Shown here in pieces: positions 30,180 through 37,714 of a stretch of 53,181 nt of DNA (the stretch's first letter is position 1; each line of letters begins with the position of its first letter). The stretch comes from Actinomycetales bacterium. GTDB lineage: Bacteria > Actinomycetota > Actinomycetes > Actinomycetales > CAVURS01. The notes under the pieces were generated by a model that worked only from the letters and a program-made list of their open reading frames with translations, made no database searches and had not been told where the DNA came from. The stretch is from the NCBI GenBank assembly GCA_045807245.1, contig JBJMHS010000067.1:1-53181 (forward strand), given 5' to 3'. The position numbers and the translations under genes were made by a program.

Positions 30180-32776
30180 CAGCCGGAGCCGAAACAGGTC
30201 AGGGGAGCCAGCGTGTCCCCGCTGCCGTCCGCACCCGTCGCGGCGAGCGCGCCGGCCAGCGCGTACGACGGCCGCTCACCCGAGCTGAGCAGCTTGTGGT
30301 AGGCGACGGCGACGTCGCACGCGACGCCGTCGGCGACCCGGGCGACACCGGCCACCACACTGCCCGTGCCGCCGTGCAGCAGCGCCGCTGTCATGCCCAG
30401 GGACTCACTGCCCGACCGCGACGTCGCCAGCCCGAGGTCACACGCGGAGAGGACGACGTGACGGGGTGCGGGGCGGACCCGGATCAGGTCGTACCCGAAG
30501 ACCAGGCCGCCAGCGAGCTCCAGGGCGGAGAACAGCGGGTTCTCCGCGTCGTGCGTCCCGTGCGCCGCCACGTGGACCAGGTCGGCCGCCGCGGCCGCCG
30601 CGAGGAGCGCCGACGGCTCCGCCAGGGTCAGCACGTCGGCATGCGGCCACGCCGACGCCGCTGCCGAGACCTCCTCGTCGGCGCGTTCGACCCGAGGACC
30701 GGTGGCGAAGACGGTCCGGCGTTCGCCCTCCTCGCCGTGGACCGACCGCTCGCGGCCGCGCAGCCATTCGCCCGGGGAGCGGGCGACGGTGAGGGGGCGT
30801 CCGCGCAGACCTGGGACCAGCGTCCAGGGCAGCGTGCTCAGCGCGCCGGTCGGGATGACGGCCAAGGGCCCGTCGCCGGTCAAGTCCGCCAGCGGGTCCC
30901 AGACCGCGCGGCCCAGCCGGGCCAGACCGTCGGTCACCGAGGCGCGGACGACGACCCGCATCATCGCCGGCGTGCTGGCCAGAGCGAGGACGTCGAGGTC
31001 TGCGCGCACCCGGCGGATCTGCGCCTCGACCGGCGACAGGGCTCCCAGGCAGACCAGCTCGGCGGCCGACGTGGTGACGACCAGCGCGTGCACGATGTCG
31101 TCGACGTCGAAGACGCAGACAAGGGTCCCGGCAGCGGCTGGCGTGCCCGCGCTGGTCGGCCCCGGAACGCTGTCGTTGAGCGCGGCCCGCACGGCCTCGG
31201 CCCCGGCCTCGGCCATGACGTCACCGGAGCCGACCAACGCGCGCTCCCGCGCAGCGGCCGAGCGCTCGAGGCGGCGGCAGGACTCCCGCAGGGCGTCGAT
31301 CTCACCCGGCTCCGAGTCACGGTCCAGCTCGAGCTGGCGCAGCTCCAGCCGCTGATGGCGCAAGGCCCCGAGGAGATCGGCCATGGACGGGTCGTCCGGC
31401 GGCAGGATCGGCGGGATCCGCGTGGCCAGCGAGCGCGTCCGTTCCAGCCAGGTGAGCACCGACTCGGGCCGGCGCCCCTCCACGGCCAGCCGCAGACCCA
31501 TCCGCGCCAGGTCCGCGCCGTGCCGCACCACCGACGTCTGCAGGTCGATGCTGCCCAGCCTGGACTGGTGGCGCTGCAGGTCGGCCAGACCGGTGCGGAT
31601 CTCCCGGCTGAGTGCCGCCGCGTCCCCGCGGGCGCGGGCCAGCTCGGCCCGAACGGTCCGCGCGAGCAGGCGGGTGTGCAACGACCCGGCCTTGGTGGCG
31701 GACCGCACCTCGTCGACCAGCTGGGCGGCACGGTCCAGCCGGCCCGCCCCGGCCAGGCGCCGGGCGCCGCGCAGCCGGAGCCGGGTCGCCTCCTCGGTCA
31801 GTCCCTGCCGGTCAAGAGCGGTGGCCACCCCTCGCAGGCGTTCCAGCTGGGGCGCGGACAGGTTGCCCTTCGGCGTGGCGCAGGCGGCCAGGACCGCGTC
31901 GGCCAACAGCACGCCGGCGGGGGATCCGCGACGCGCGAACCCGCGCGAAGCCCGTCGGGCGTACGCCAGCGCCGCGGGCAGGCGCTCGTCGACCAGGGCG
32001 ATCTCGGACAGTGAGATCCAGGCCTCCGCCTCGGTGAAGCGCACCCCCGCGCGGGCCAGCACCTCGGCGGCGGCCAGCAGCTCGGTCTCGGCCTCGTCGA
32101 GAAGTCCCGCGGCGATCAGCACGAAGCCCGAGTCGACGACTGTGCCCGCCCGCAGCACTGCCTCTTCCTCACCGAAGTGCTCGGTCGCCTCCTGGAAGTG
32201 CCCCAACGCTGCGGGCAGGTCGCCCCGCACGCCGTCGACCAGGCCGAGGTTGGACTCGGCCTTCGCGGCCAGAACGGGCAGCCCCAGGCCTCGAGCCAGC
32301 TCGCGGCACTGCTCGAAACACTGGCGGGCCGCGGCGAAGTCGTGACACTCGAGCTCGGCGACCCCCCGGTTCAGGTAGGCGCGCGCCTGCTCGAGCGGCT
32401 CCTCGCCGAGCAACGTCACCGCGCGGCTCAGCTCCCGCCGCGCGCGCTGCACCTCGCCCAGTCGCAGCAGCAGCACGCCGCGCTGACCGAACGTGAGTCC
32501 GGCGATGCGGGGGTGAGCGCGGGCGCCGGCCTCGGCCTGGTCGAGAAGCCCCAGGCTGACGTCGACGCGTGACTGCTCGGCCTCCGCCCAGGCGTACGTC
32601 AGCAGGATCCGGGCCCTGATCTCCGAGCCGTCCTGGGCCGCCTCCAGGGCGCCGCGCGAGTGCCGGGACGCCGTGACGAACCGCCCGCCGGCCGCCGCCG
32701 CGACCGCGCGCTCGTGCAGCCGTTCGGCGGCGCTGCTCGGAGCCGGTGCCGCGGGCGTCTGCGGGGGCTTGATCAC
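30176..32776 (-). CDS. TPR-CHAT domain protease (clan CD, caspase-like), 866 aa
   Basis: TPR-like helices (AYLNRGVAEL, AESNLGLV); CHAT motifs VIPTGALSTLPW, VHVAAHG (His), VVLSACDLG (Cys), FGSG at the end. GTG 32776 overlaps the S8 stop. Confidence 0.9.
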   Translation of the reverse strand: MIKPPQTPAAPAPSSAAERLHERAVAAAAGGRFVTASRHSRGALEAAQDGSEIRARILLTYAWAEAEQSRVDVSLGLLDQAEAGARAHPRIAGLTFGQRGVLLLRLGEVQRARRELSRAVTLLGEEPLEQARAYLNRGVAELECHDFAAARQCFEQCRELARGLGLPVLAAKAESNLGLVDGVRGDLPAALGHFQEATEHFGEEEAVLRAGTVVDSGFVLIAAGLLDEAETELLAAAEVLARAGVRFTEAEAWISLSEIALVDERLPAALAYARRASRGFARRGSPAGVLLADAVLAACATPKGNLSAPQLERLRGVATALDRQGLTEEATRLRLRGARRLAGAGRLDRAAQLVDEVRSATKAGSLHTRLLARTVRAELARARGDAAALSREIRTGLADLQRHQSRLGSIDLQTSVVRHGADLARMGLRLAVEGRRPESVLTWLERTRSLATRIPPILPPDDPSMADLLGALRHQRLELRQLELDRDSEPGEIDALRESCRRLERSAAARERALVGSGDVMAEAGAEAVRAALNDSVPGPTSAGTPAAAGTLVCVFDVDDIVHALVVTTSAAELVCLGALSPVEAQIRRVRADLDVLALASTPAMMRVVVRASVTDGLARLGRAVWDPLADLTGDGPLAVIPTGALSTLPWTLVPGLRGRPLTVARSPGEWLRGRERSVHGEEGERRTVFATGPRVERADEEVSAAASAWPHADVLTLAEPSALLAAAAAADLVHVAAHGTHDAENPLFSALELAGGLVFGYDLIRVRPAPRHVVLSACDLGLATSRSGSESLGMTAALLHGGTGSVVAGVARVADGVACDVAVAYHKLLSSGERPSYALAGALAATGADGSGDTLAPLTCFGSGW

Positions 32777-34344
32777 GCCGACGGGCGCTCCAGCCCGAGC
32801 TCGGCCTCCACGGCGTCCCACATCCGGCCGACTGGCCCGTCGCTGGAGACCTTCTCCTCCAGGTCCGACGCGAGCAGCCGACGCGCCAGCCGCGCGGCCA
32901 GGATCGGCGTCGCGAAGCTCGTGCCGCTCCAGGTGCCGAACCCGTCGACGAACGAGTCCGGGTCCAAGCTGGCGCGCGGCGGGCCGTACGGCGTCCGTAC
33001 CCGCATGCTCGGTTGAGCGCCGCCGTTGAACGTCTGGGGGAAGGTACTGACGACCGCAGCACCCACCTCCCACGCCGCCACCCAGTCGCCACCGTTGCTG
33101 AACAGCGCGATCGAGCCATCCGGGTTCAGCGCACCGACGCTGAGGACCGGCACGCAGCTGCGATCGAAGTCGGTCACGCTGCCGTCGACGTGCGGGTAGA
33201 ACGCCGCGGGAAACATCTCGCGCGCCGTACCGTCGTTGCCCGCGCAGGCAAGAATCGCAACCCCATGTGTACCAAGGGCTTTCGCCTGCTTCATCAACAC
33301 GGAGTCCAACGCGATCGAGCCGGCGTCCTCGTGGTAGTAGCCCAACGAGAGCGAGACGATGTCGATGACCGGGCGGTCGCCACCCGCGGCGTCCACGGTC
33401 CGGCTGATCACGCCGAGCGCCCGCACCAGGTCGCTCTCGTGCACGATGCCGTCCGACCCCATGATCCGGATGGCGAGGATGTCGGCCTGGGGACAGATCT
33501 GCCGGACCAGCCCCGCGATGAACGTGCCGTGCCCGGAGTGCGAGTCCAGCGCGCCGTCCATCGGGCCGACCAGGTCTCCGGTGAGCTCCGGATCCGTTGC
33601 GGGGTCGGTGAGGGCGGCCTGGACGCCCTTGAACTCCAGGCCGGCCCGAACGCCCGACGTGAACCATCGGTGCTTGCCGATCCCGGTGTCCAGGACTGCG
33701 ACGACCGGACGCCGGCCGCTGAACCCGTCGTCGTAGTCGGGCTCCTCGCCCACCCAGCTCACCGGCGCGCGGCCACCAGAGCCGGCGAACGCGTACTCGT
33801 CGATGCCGTAGGGATGCCCCTCGAGATGCGGCATGCCTGTGATGGGGTGCCCCTCCAAGTGCGGGCAGCCGACCAGCAGGTGGTCCAGGCCGACCCCGGC
33901 GAACAGGTCCAGCGCCTGGCCAGGGGCTGCCGCGCGCACCCGCTGCAGCAGCGTCCAGGCGTCCGGACCCCGGCTCGGCAGCGTGCCGTCGGGCAGGCGG
34001 CCCGGCACGAGACGCACCGTCCGGGCGTCGTAGCGCGAGCGGTCCTGCTCCGGGTCGAGATCCTCGCGGCGCAGCTCGGGCAGCTCGACGCCGATCTCCG
34101 CAGCGGCGGTGCGGATCACGTTCGAGAGCGTGTCTGAGTGCAGCACCTCCACCGGAATGACCAGCGAGTCGGCGACGTAGACGGTCGGCCGCAGCCGCCC
34201 CTGGCCGGGCAGCCGGATCGCCGTCGCCGGGTTCAGCACGACCGCGTTGTGCGCCTCGAGCACCGACTGCGGGAACAGGGCCGGCTCGACGTCCCGCCAG
34301 GCTGGCGGCTGCCTGCCGTCGGGAGCGCTGGACTTGATGGCCAT
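32773..34344 (-). CDS. S8 family serine protease (subtilase), 523 aa, no signal peptide
   Basis: Catalytic triad VAVLDTG / HSGHGTFIAG / WSGTSFATP and oxyanion AGN; GAGGTGACC RBS; tandem PHLEGHP at about residues 161-178. Confidence 0.92.
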   Translation of the reverse strand: MAIKSSAPDGRQPPAWRDVEPALFPQSVLEAHNAVVLNPATAIRLPGQGRLRPTVYVADSLVIPVEVLHSDTLSNVIRTAAAEIGVELPELRREDLDPEQDRSRYDARTVRLVPGRLPDGTLPSRGPDAWTLLQRVRAAAPGQALDLFAGVGLDHLLVGCPHLEGHPITGMPHLEGHPYGIDEYAFAGSGGRAPVSWVGEEPDYDDGFSGRRPVVAVLDTGIGKHRWFTSGVRAGLEFKGVQAALTDPATDPELTGDLVGPMDGALDSHSGHGTFIAGLVRQICPQADILAIRIMGSDGIVHESDLVRALGVISRTVDAAGGDRPVIDIVSLSLGYYHEDAGSIALDSVLMKQAKALGTHGVAILACAGNDGTAREMFPAAFYPHVDGSVTDFDRSCVPVLSVGALNPDGSIALFSNGGDWVAAWEVGAAVVSTFPQTFNGGAQPSMRVRTPYGPPRASLDPDSFVDGFGTWSGTSFATPILAARLARRLLASDLEEKVSSDGPVGRMWDAVEAELGLERPSA

Positions 34345-34450
34345 GGTCACCTCGCGACGAGTGCAGGGGAGCTGTCGGGACGTACGGCGCGCTGCCCAAC
34401 TTAGCGGCCTGGCGGCACGCCCCAGGCCTGCCGGCGGGCGGCGCATCGAA

Positions 34451-34479
34451 CAGGACCCCGCGAAGGCCGCCACTGATAC
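34451..34479 (-). promoter_or_regulatory. Candidate ECF promoter for the S8-CHAT operon (GTATCA-N17-GTCCTG)
   Basis: One of three similar bipartite motifs in this spacer. Confidence 0.55.
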
Positions 34480-34507
34480 ATCTCGTTCGAACCTTTCCCT
34501 GGCCGAG

Positions 34508-34536
34508 GTATCAGGTTTGCTGCCGCAGGCCTCCTC
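34508..34536 (+). promoter_or_regulatory. Candidate ECF promoter for the small peptide (GTATCA-N17-CTCCTC)
   Basis: One of three similar bipartite motifs in this spacer. Confidence 0.6.
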
Positions 34537-34620
34537 GCCTGCATATCTTGTGACGGTGGGGCCCCTCCTGGAGCCCTGCGCGGGACGTTGTTCCCTGACC
34601 AGACTGACGAGGTGACCCTG

Positions 34621-34749
34621 ATGGGCAAGAAGGACAAGCCGCAGCCGCCGGACACCCTGACGACCGAACAGCCGCTCACGGTGCAGCCGGTTGAGCAAGT
34701 CATCGAGCAGACCGACGCCCACCTCGAGGGTCACGGCACGGACGACTGA
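34621..34749 (+). CDS. 42-aa peptide MGKKDKPQPPDTLTTEQPLTVQPVEQVIEQTDAHLEGHGTDD (not in ORF track)
   Basis: ATG preceded by a GAGGTGA RBS (34609-34615); mostly G/C-ending codons; own promoter-like motif and downstream stem-loop; shares HLEGH with the neighbouring S8 protease. Confidence 0.8.
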   Translation: MGKKDKPQPPDTLTTEQPLTVQPVEQVIEQTDAHLEGHGTDD

Positions 34750-34752
34750 GGC

Positions 34753-34814
34753 CCGCCGACCCCGGCGCGCCGGTCCTGTGACCCGGACGGTCCTTGAACG
34801 GTGCGCCGCGGCGG
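34753..34814 (+). terminator. GC-rich stem-loop downstream of the peptide ORF
   Basis: CCGCCG (34753-58) pairs with CGGCGG (34809-14), and CGGCGCGCCG (34763-72) pairs with CGGTGCGCCG (34799-808). No U-tract. Confidence 0.45.
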
Positions 34815-34822
34815 CTGAGGAT

Positions 34823-34850
34823 GTATCACGACCGGTTCGCCCGTCTCCTC
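34823..34850 (+). promoter_or_regulatory. Candidate autoregulated ECF promoter (GTATCA-N16-CTCCTC)
   Basis: About 45 nt upstream of the ECF sigma start; same motif as the other two copies. Confidence 0.6.
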
Positions 34851-34894
34851 CACACGAGGCACCACAGGGAGTGCTCCAGGAGAAGAGAGGCGAC

Positions 34895-35599
34895 ATGACG
34901 GCCAGAGCTGTTCTCGACAGTGGAACGGAGCCGGTTGTGCAGGTCTTCGACGGCGCTCTCCCGCCGCCCCGCCAGGCGCAGGTCGCCTCACCGCCCGTCC
35001 GCCGTACGCCGGCGGAGTCTCGGGTCGCCGACCTCGCCGCGGAGCGGTTCCGCGCGTACCGCGACGGCGACGGCCGCGCGCTCGAGGCGATGGTCGAGAG
35101 TCTGACGCCGCTCCTGTGGCACATCGTGCGCGCCTACGGTCTCGACACGGCGACCGCCGAGGACGTCGTCCAGAACACCTGGCTCACCCTCGTGCGCAAG
35201 GCCGACACCGTGGCCGAACCGCAGGCCGTCCTGCGCTGGCTCACCGTCACCGCCCGCCGCGACGCCTGGCGCGCCGCGCGTTCGACCAACCGCATGGACC
35301 TGACCGACGACATCAGCGTGCTCGACGTCCGCGAGGCCAAGGAGAGCCCGGAGGACGACGTGCTGCGCGCAGCGGACCAGCGCGCGCTCTGGCTGGCCGT
35401 GGGGAAGCTGAACGAACGCTGCCAGCGCCTGCTCCGGATCATCGCCTTCCACGACCGGCCGGACTACGCGGCGCTGAGCCAGGAGCTGGGCATGCCCATG
35501 GGCAGCATCGGCCCCACGCGCGGGCGCTGCCTCGACAAGGTGCGCGCCGAGCTCGCCACCGCGCGCCCCGGCCCGCGCACGGACTGGAGCCCGGCATGA
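34895..35599 (+). CDS. ECF sigma-70 factor, 234 aa
   Basis: Region 2 (AEDVVQNTWLTL...WLTVTARRDAW) and region 4 (LNERCQRLL...YAALSQELGMPMGSIGPTRGRCL); GAGG RBS. Confidence 0.92.
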   Translation: MTARAVLDSGTEPVVQVFDGALPPPRQAQVASPPVRRTPAESRVADLAAERFRAYRDGDGRALEAMVESLTPLLWHIVRAYGLDTATAEDVVQNTWLTLVRKADTVAEPQAVLRWLTVTARRDAWRAARSTNRMDLTDDISVLDVREAKESPEDDVLRAADQRALWLAVGKLNERCQRLLRIIAFHDRPDYAALSQELGMPMGSIGPTRGRCLDKVRAELATARPGPRTDWSPA

Positions 35600-36132
35600 G
35601 CACCGACGGCCCCCGGATCCCCGACCGCGCCACCGACCACACCGCCGACGACCGAATCGACGACCTGATGACCACCGCCGACGCCGAGCTGCTCGACCAC
35701 CTCCAGGTCATGTGGGAGAAGGCCGACCCGGTGCCGTCGGGCCTGGTCGAGCGCGTGACCTTCGCGATCGGCCTGGACAACCTCGAGTTCGAGCTGATGC
35801 GGCTGACCGAGGAGGTCCTCGTGCCCGCCGGGGCCCGCGGCGCCGAGCACGTGCGGACGATCACCTTCGGGGGGGAGAGCATCACCGTCATGGTGACGGT
35901 CAGCCAGGAGGGCCACGGCCAGTTCCGGCTGGACGGCTGGCTGGCTCCCGCGGCCGCTCTGTCGATCGAGCTGCGCCGCAGCGAGGGGTCGGTTCGCACG
36001 ACGTCGGACGAGGGCGGGCGGTTCGTGTTCGACGACGTGCCGGGCGGCCTGGCCCAGCTGGTCCTCCATCCGACGCCGAACTCCGCGGTCGAGCTGCGTC
36101 AGGACGTCGTGGCCCCCGCCGTACAGATCTGA
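35596..36132 (+). CDS. Sigma-coupled protein, 178 aa: helical N-terminus plus carboxypeptidase-regulatory-like beta domain
   Basis: ATGA overlap with the sigma gene; C-terminal TTSDEGGRFVFDDVPGG transthyretin-like motif. Confidence 0.75.
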   Translation: MSTDGPRIPDRATDHTADDRIDDLMTTADAELLDHLQVMWEKADPVPSGLVERVTFAIGLDNLEFELMRLTEEVLVPAGARGAEHVRTITFGGESITVMVTVSQEGHGQFRLDGWLAPAAALSIELRRSEGSVRTTSDEGGRFVFDDVPGGLAQLVLHPTPNSAVELRQDVVAPAVQI

Positions 36133-36133
36133 G

Positions 36134-36223
36134 CGTCGTACCCTCCGACGGCCGCTTTACCCTCCGAAAGCCGCTCTGCCAGCCCCAACCCGGGCCGCGG
36201 AGCGGCTTTCGAGGGGTACGACG
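36134..36223. terminator. Long inverted repeat between convergent genes
   Basis: CGTCGTACCC/GGGTACGACG and CGAAAGCCGCTC/GAGCGGCTTTCG arms. Confidence 0.6.
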
Positions 36224-36227
36224 ACGC

Positions 36228-37691
36228 TCAGGCAGCCTGCTCCTGGCGCCGGACGGTGCCCTGGGACAACGCGAACGGTACGACGAAGCCCACCACCAGC
36301 GCGGCCAGCACCCCCAGGTTGGCGTAGGCCCAGTCCCCGCCCTTGCCGCCCAGGCCGAACGGGTCGAGCAGGTAGCCCTGCCAGGTGAAACCGTCCGTGC
36401 CGTTCGTGACCAGACCCCAGCCCAGGACGGTGGCCACGACCATCGTCAGGACCGCGACCCAGCCGATGTGGCCGTACCGGCCGTTCGCGTCGTACAGCGC
36501 GGCTTCGTCGTAGTCACGACGGCGAAGGAGCAGGTCAGCCAGGAAGACCCCGCACCAGGCCGCGATCGGCACGCCCAGGGTGATCAGGAAGCCAATGAAC
36601 GTCGCCTGGAAGTCGGTCGAGACGAACAGCACGTAGATGCTGCCGAGGATCATCAGCACGCCGTCGACCGCCGCGGCCTGCCAGCGCTGGATCGGCAGCC
36701 CGAGGGTGAGCAGGTTGAGCCCGGAGGAGTAGATGTCGAGGACGGCGCCGGCAACCAGCCCGCCCACGGCCACGACGACGAAGGGCACCAGGTACCAGGT
36801 GGGCAGGATCGACGTCAGGGCGCCGATCGGGTCGGCCCCGATGGCGTCGCTCAGCTTCGAGTTCGACGCGACGAGGAAGACGCCGTACACGATCAGGACG
36901 ACCGGCGCCACACTCGCTCCGAACGTCGTCCACCACACGACTCCCCGGCTCGAGGAGGAGCGCGGCAGGTAGCGCGAGTAGTCGGCGCCCGCGTTGACCC
37001 AGCCGATGCCGAGAGCGGTGGCGGCGAAGATCATCGCGCCGAGAACGGATCTGCCGCCGCCACTCGGCAGGCCGGATGCCGTCGACCAGTGGATGTGGTC
37101 GAGGGTCAGCAGGACGTACCCGACCGTCACGATGGCCAGCACGATGGTCAGCCAGGTCTGCAGCTTGATGATCGCGTCGAAGCCCTTGATGCCCGCGACG
37201 ACGATCACGGCGGCCACGACGACGAACGCCACGACCTTGACCGGGGTGCCGTGCGCCCAGCCCAGCCGGTCGAACACGGTCGTCACGGCGAGCGTGGACA
37301 GAGAGACCAGGATGATCTCCCAGCCGACGAGCAGGACGTACGACACGAGTGCCGGCAGCGCGTTGCCGCGCACGCCGAACGCCGCCCGCGACAGGACGAG
37401 GGTCGGCGCCGAGCCCCGCTTGCCCGCCAGCGAGACCAGCCCGACCAGGAGGAAGGACAGGATCGTCCCGACCACGCCGGCGAGCAGTGCCTGCCAAAGG
37501 CTGATGCCGAACCCCAGCAGGAAGGCGCCGTAGCTGACCGCCAGGACGGCGATGTTGGCGGCGCACCACGGCCAGAACAGCCCGCGCGGTGTGCCCTTGC
37601 GTTCGGACTCGTCGATGACGTTGATGCCGTTGGCCTCGACCGCCAGGCCACCAGGTGTCGTGGTGGTGCTGGTTCCCACGTCTGCGCTCAT
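36228..37691 (-). CDS. NCS1 family purine/cytosine permease
   Basis: VEANGINVI..ERKG..LFWPWCAANI, SRAAFGVRGN, ADYSRYLP, DIYSSGL; about 12 TM segments. Confidence 0.9.
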   Translation of the reverse strand: MSADVGTSTTTTPGGLAVEANGINVIDESERKGTPRGLFWPWCAANIAVLAVSYGAFLLGFGISLWQALLAGVVGTILSFLLVGLVSLAGKRGSAPTLVLSRAAFGVRGNALPALVSYVLLVGWEIILVSLSTLAVTTVFDRLGWAHGTPVKVVAFVVVAAVIVVAGIKGFDAIIKLQTWLTIVLAIVTVGYVLLTLDHIHWSTASGLPSGGGRSVLGAMIFAATALGIGWVNAGADYSRYLPRSSSSRGVVWWTTFGASVAPVVLIVYGVFLVASNSKLSDAIGADPIGALTSILPTWYLVPFVVVAVGGLVAGAVLDIYSSGLNLLTLGLPIQRWQAAAVDGVLMILGSIYVLFVSTDFQATFIGFLITLGVPIAAWCGVFLADLLLRRRDYDEAALYDANGRYGHIGWVAVLTMVVATVLGWGLVTNGTDGFTWQGYLLDPFGLGGKGGDWAYANLGVLAALVVGFVVPFALSQGTVRRQEQAA

Positions 37692-37714
37692 GGGCAAATC
37701 CTCGCTCCGCGACG

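Noticed and set aside
30176..34399. 1407-aa ORF suggesting a giant CHAT fusion protein
   Set aside because: The N-terminal ~540 aa are R/G/P-rich off-frame translation over the S8 gene. The real TPR-CHAT starts at GTG 32776, overlapping the S8 stop.
32773..35124. 783-aa version of the S8 ORF
   Set aside because: The extension runs antisense over the peptide and sigma genes; a strong RBS supports ATG 34344.
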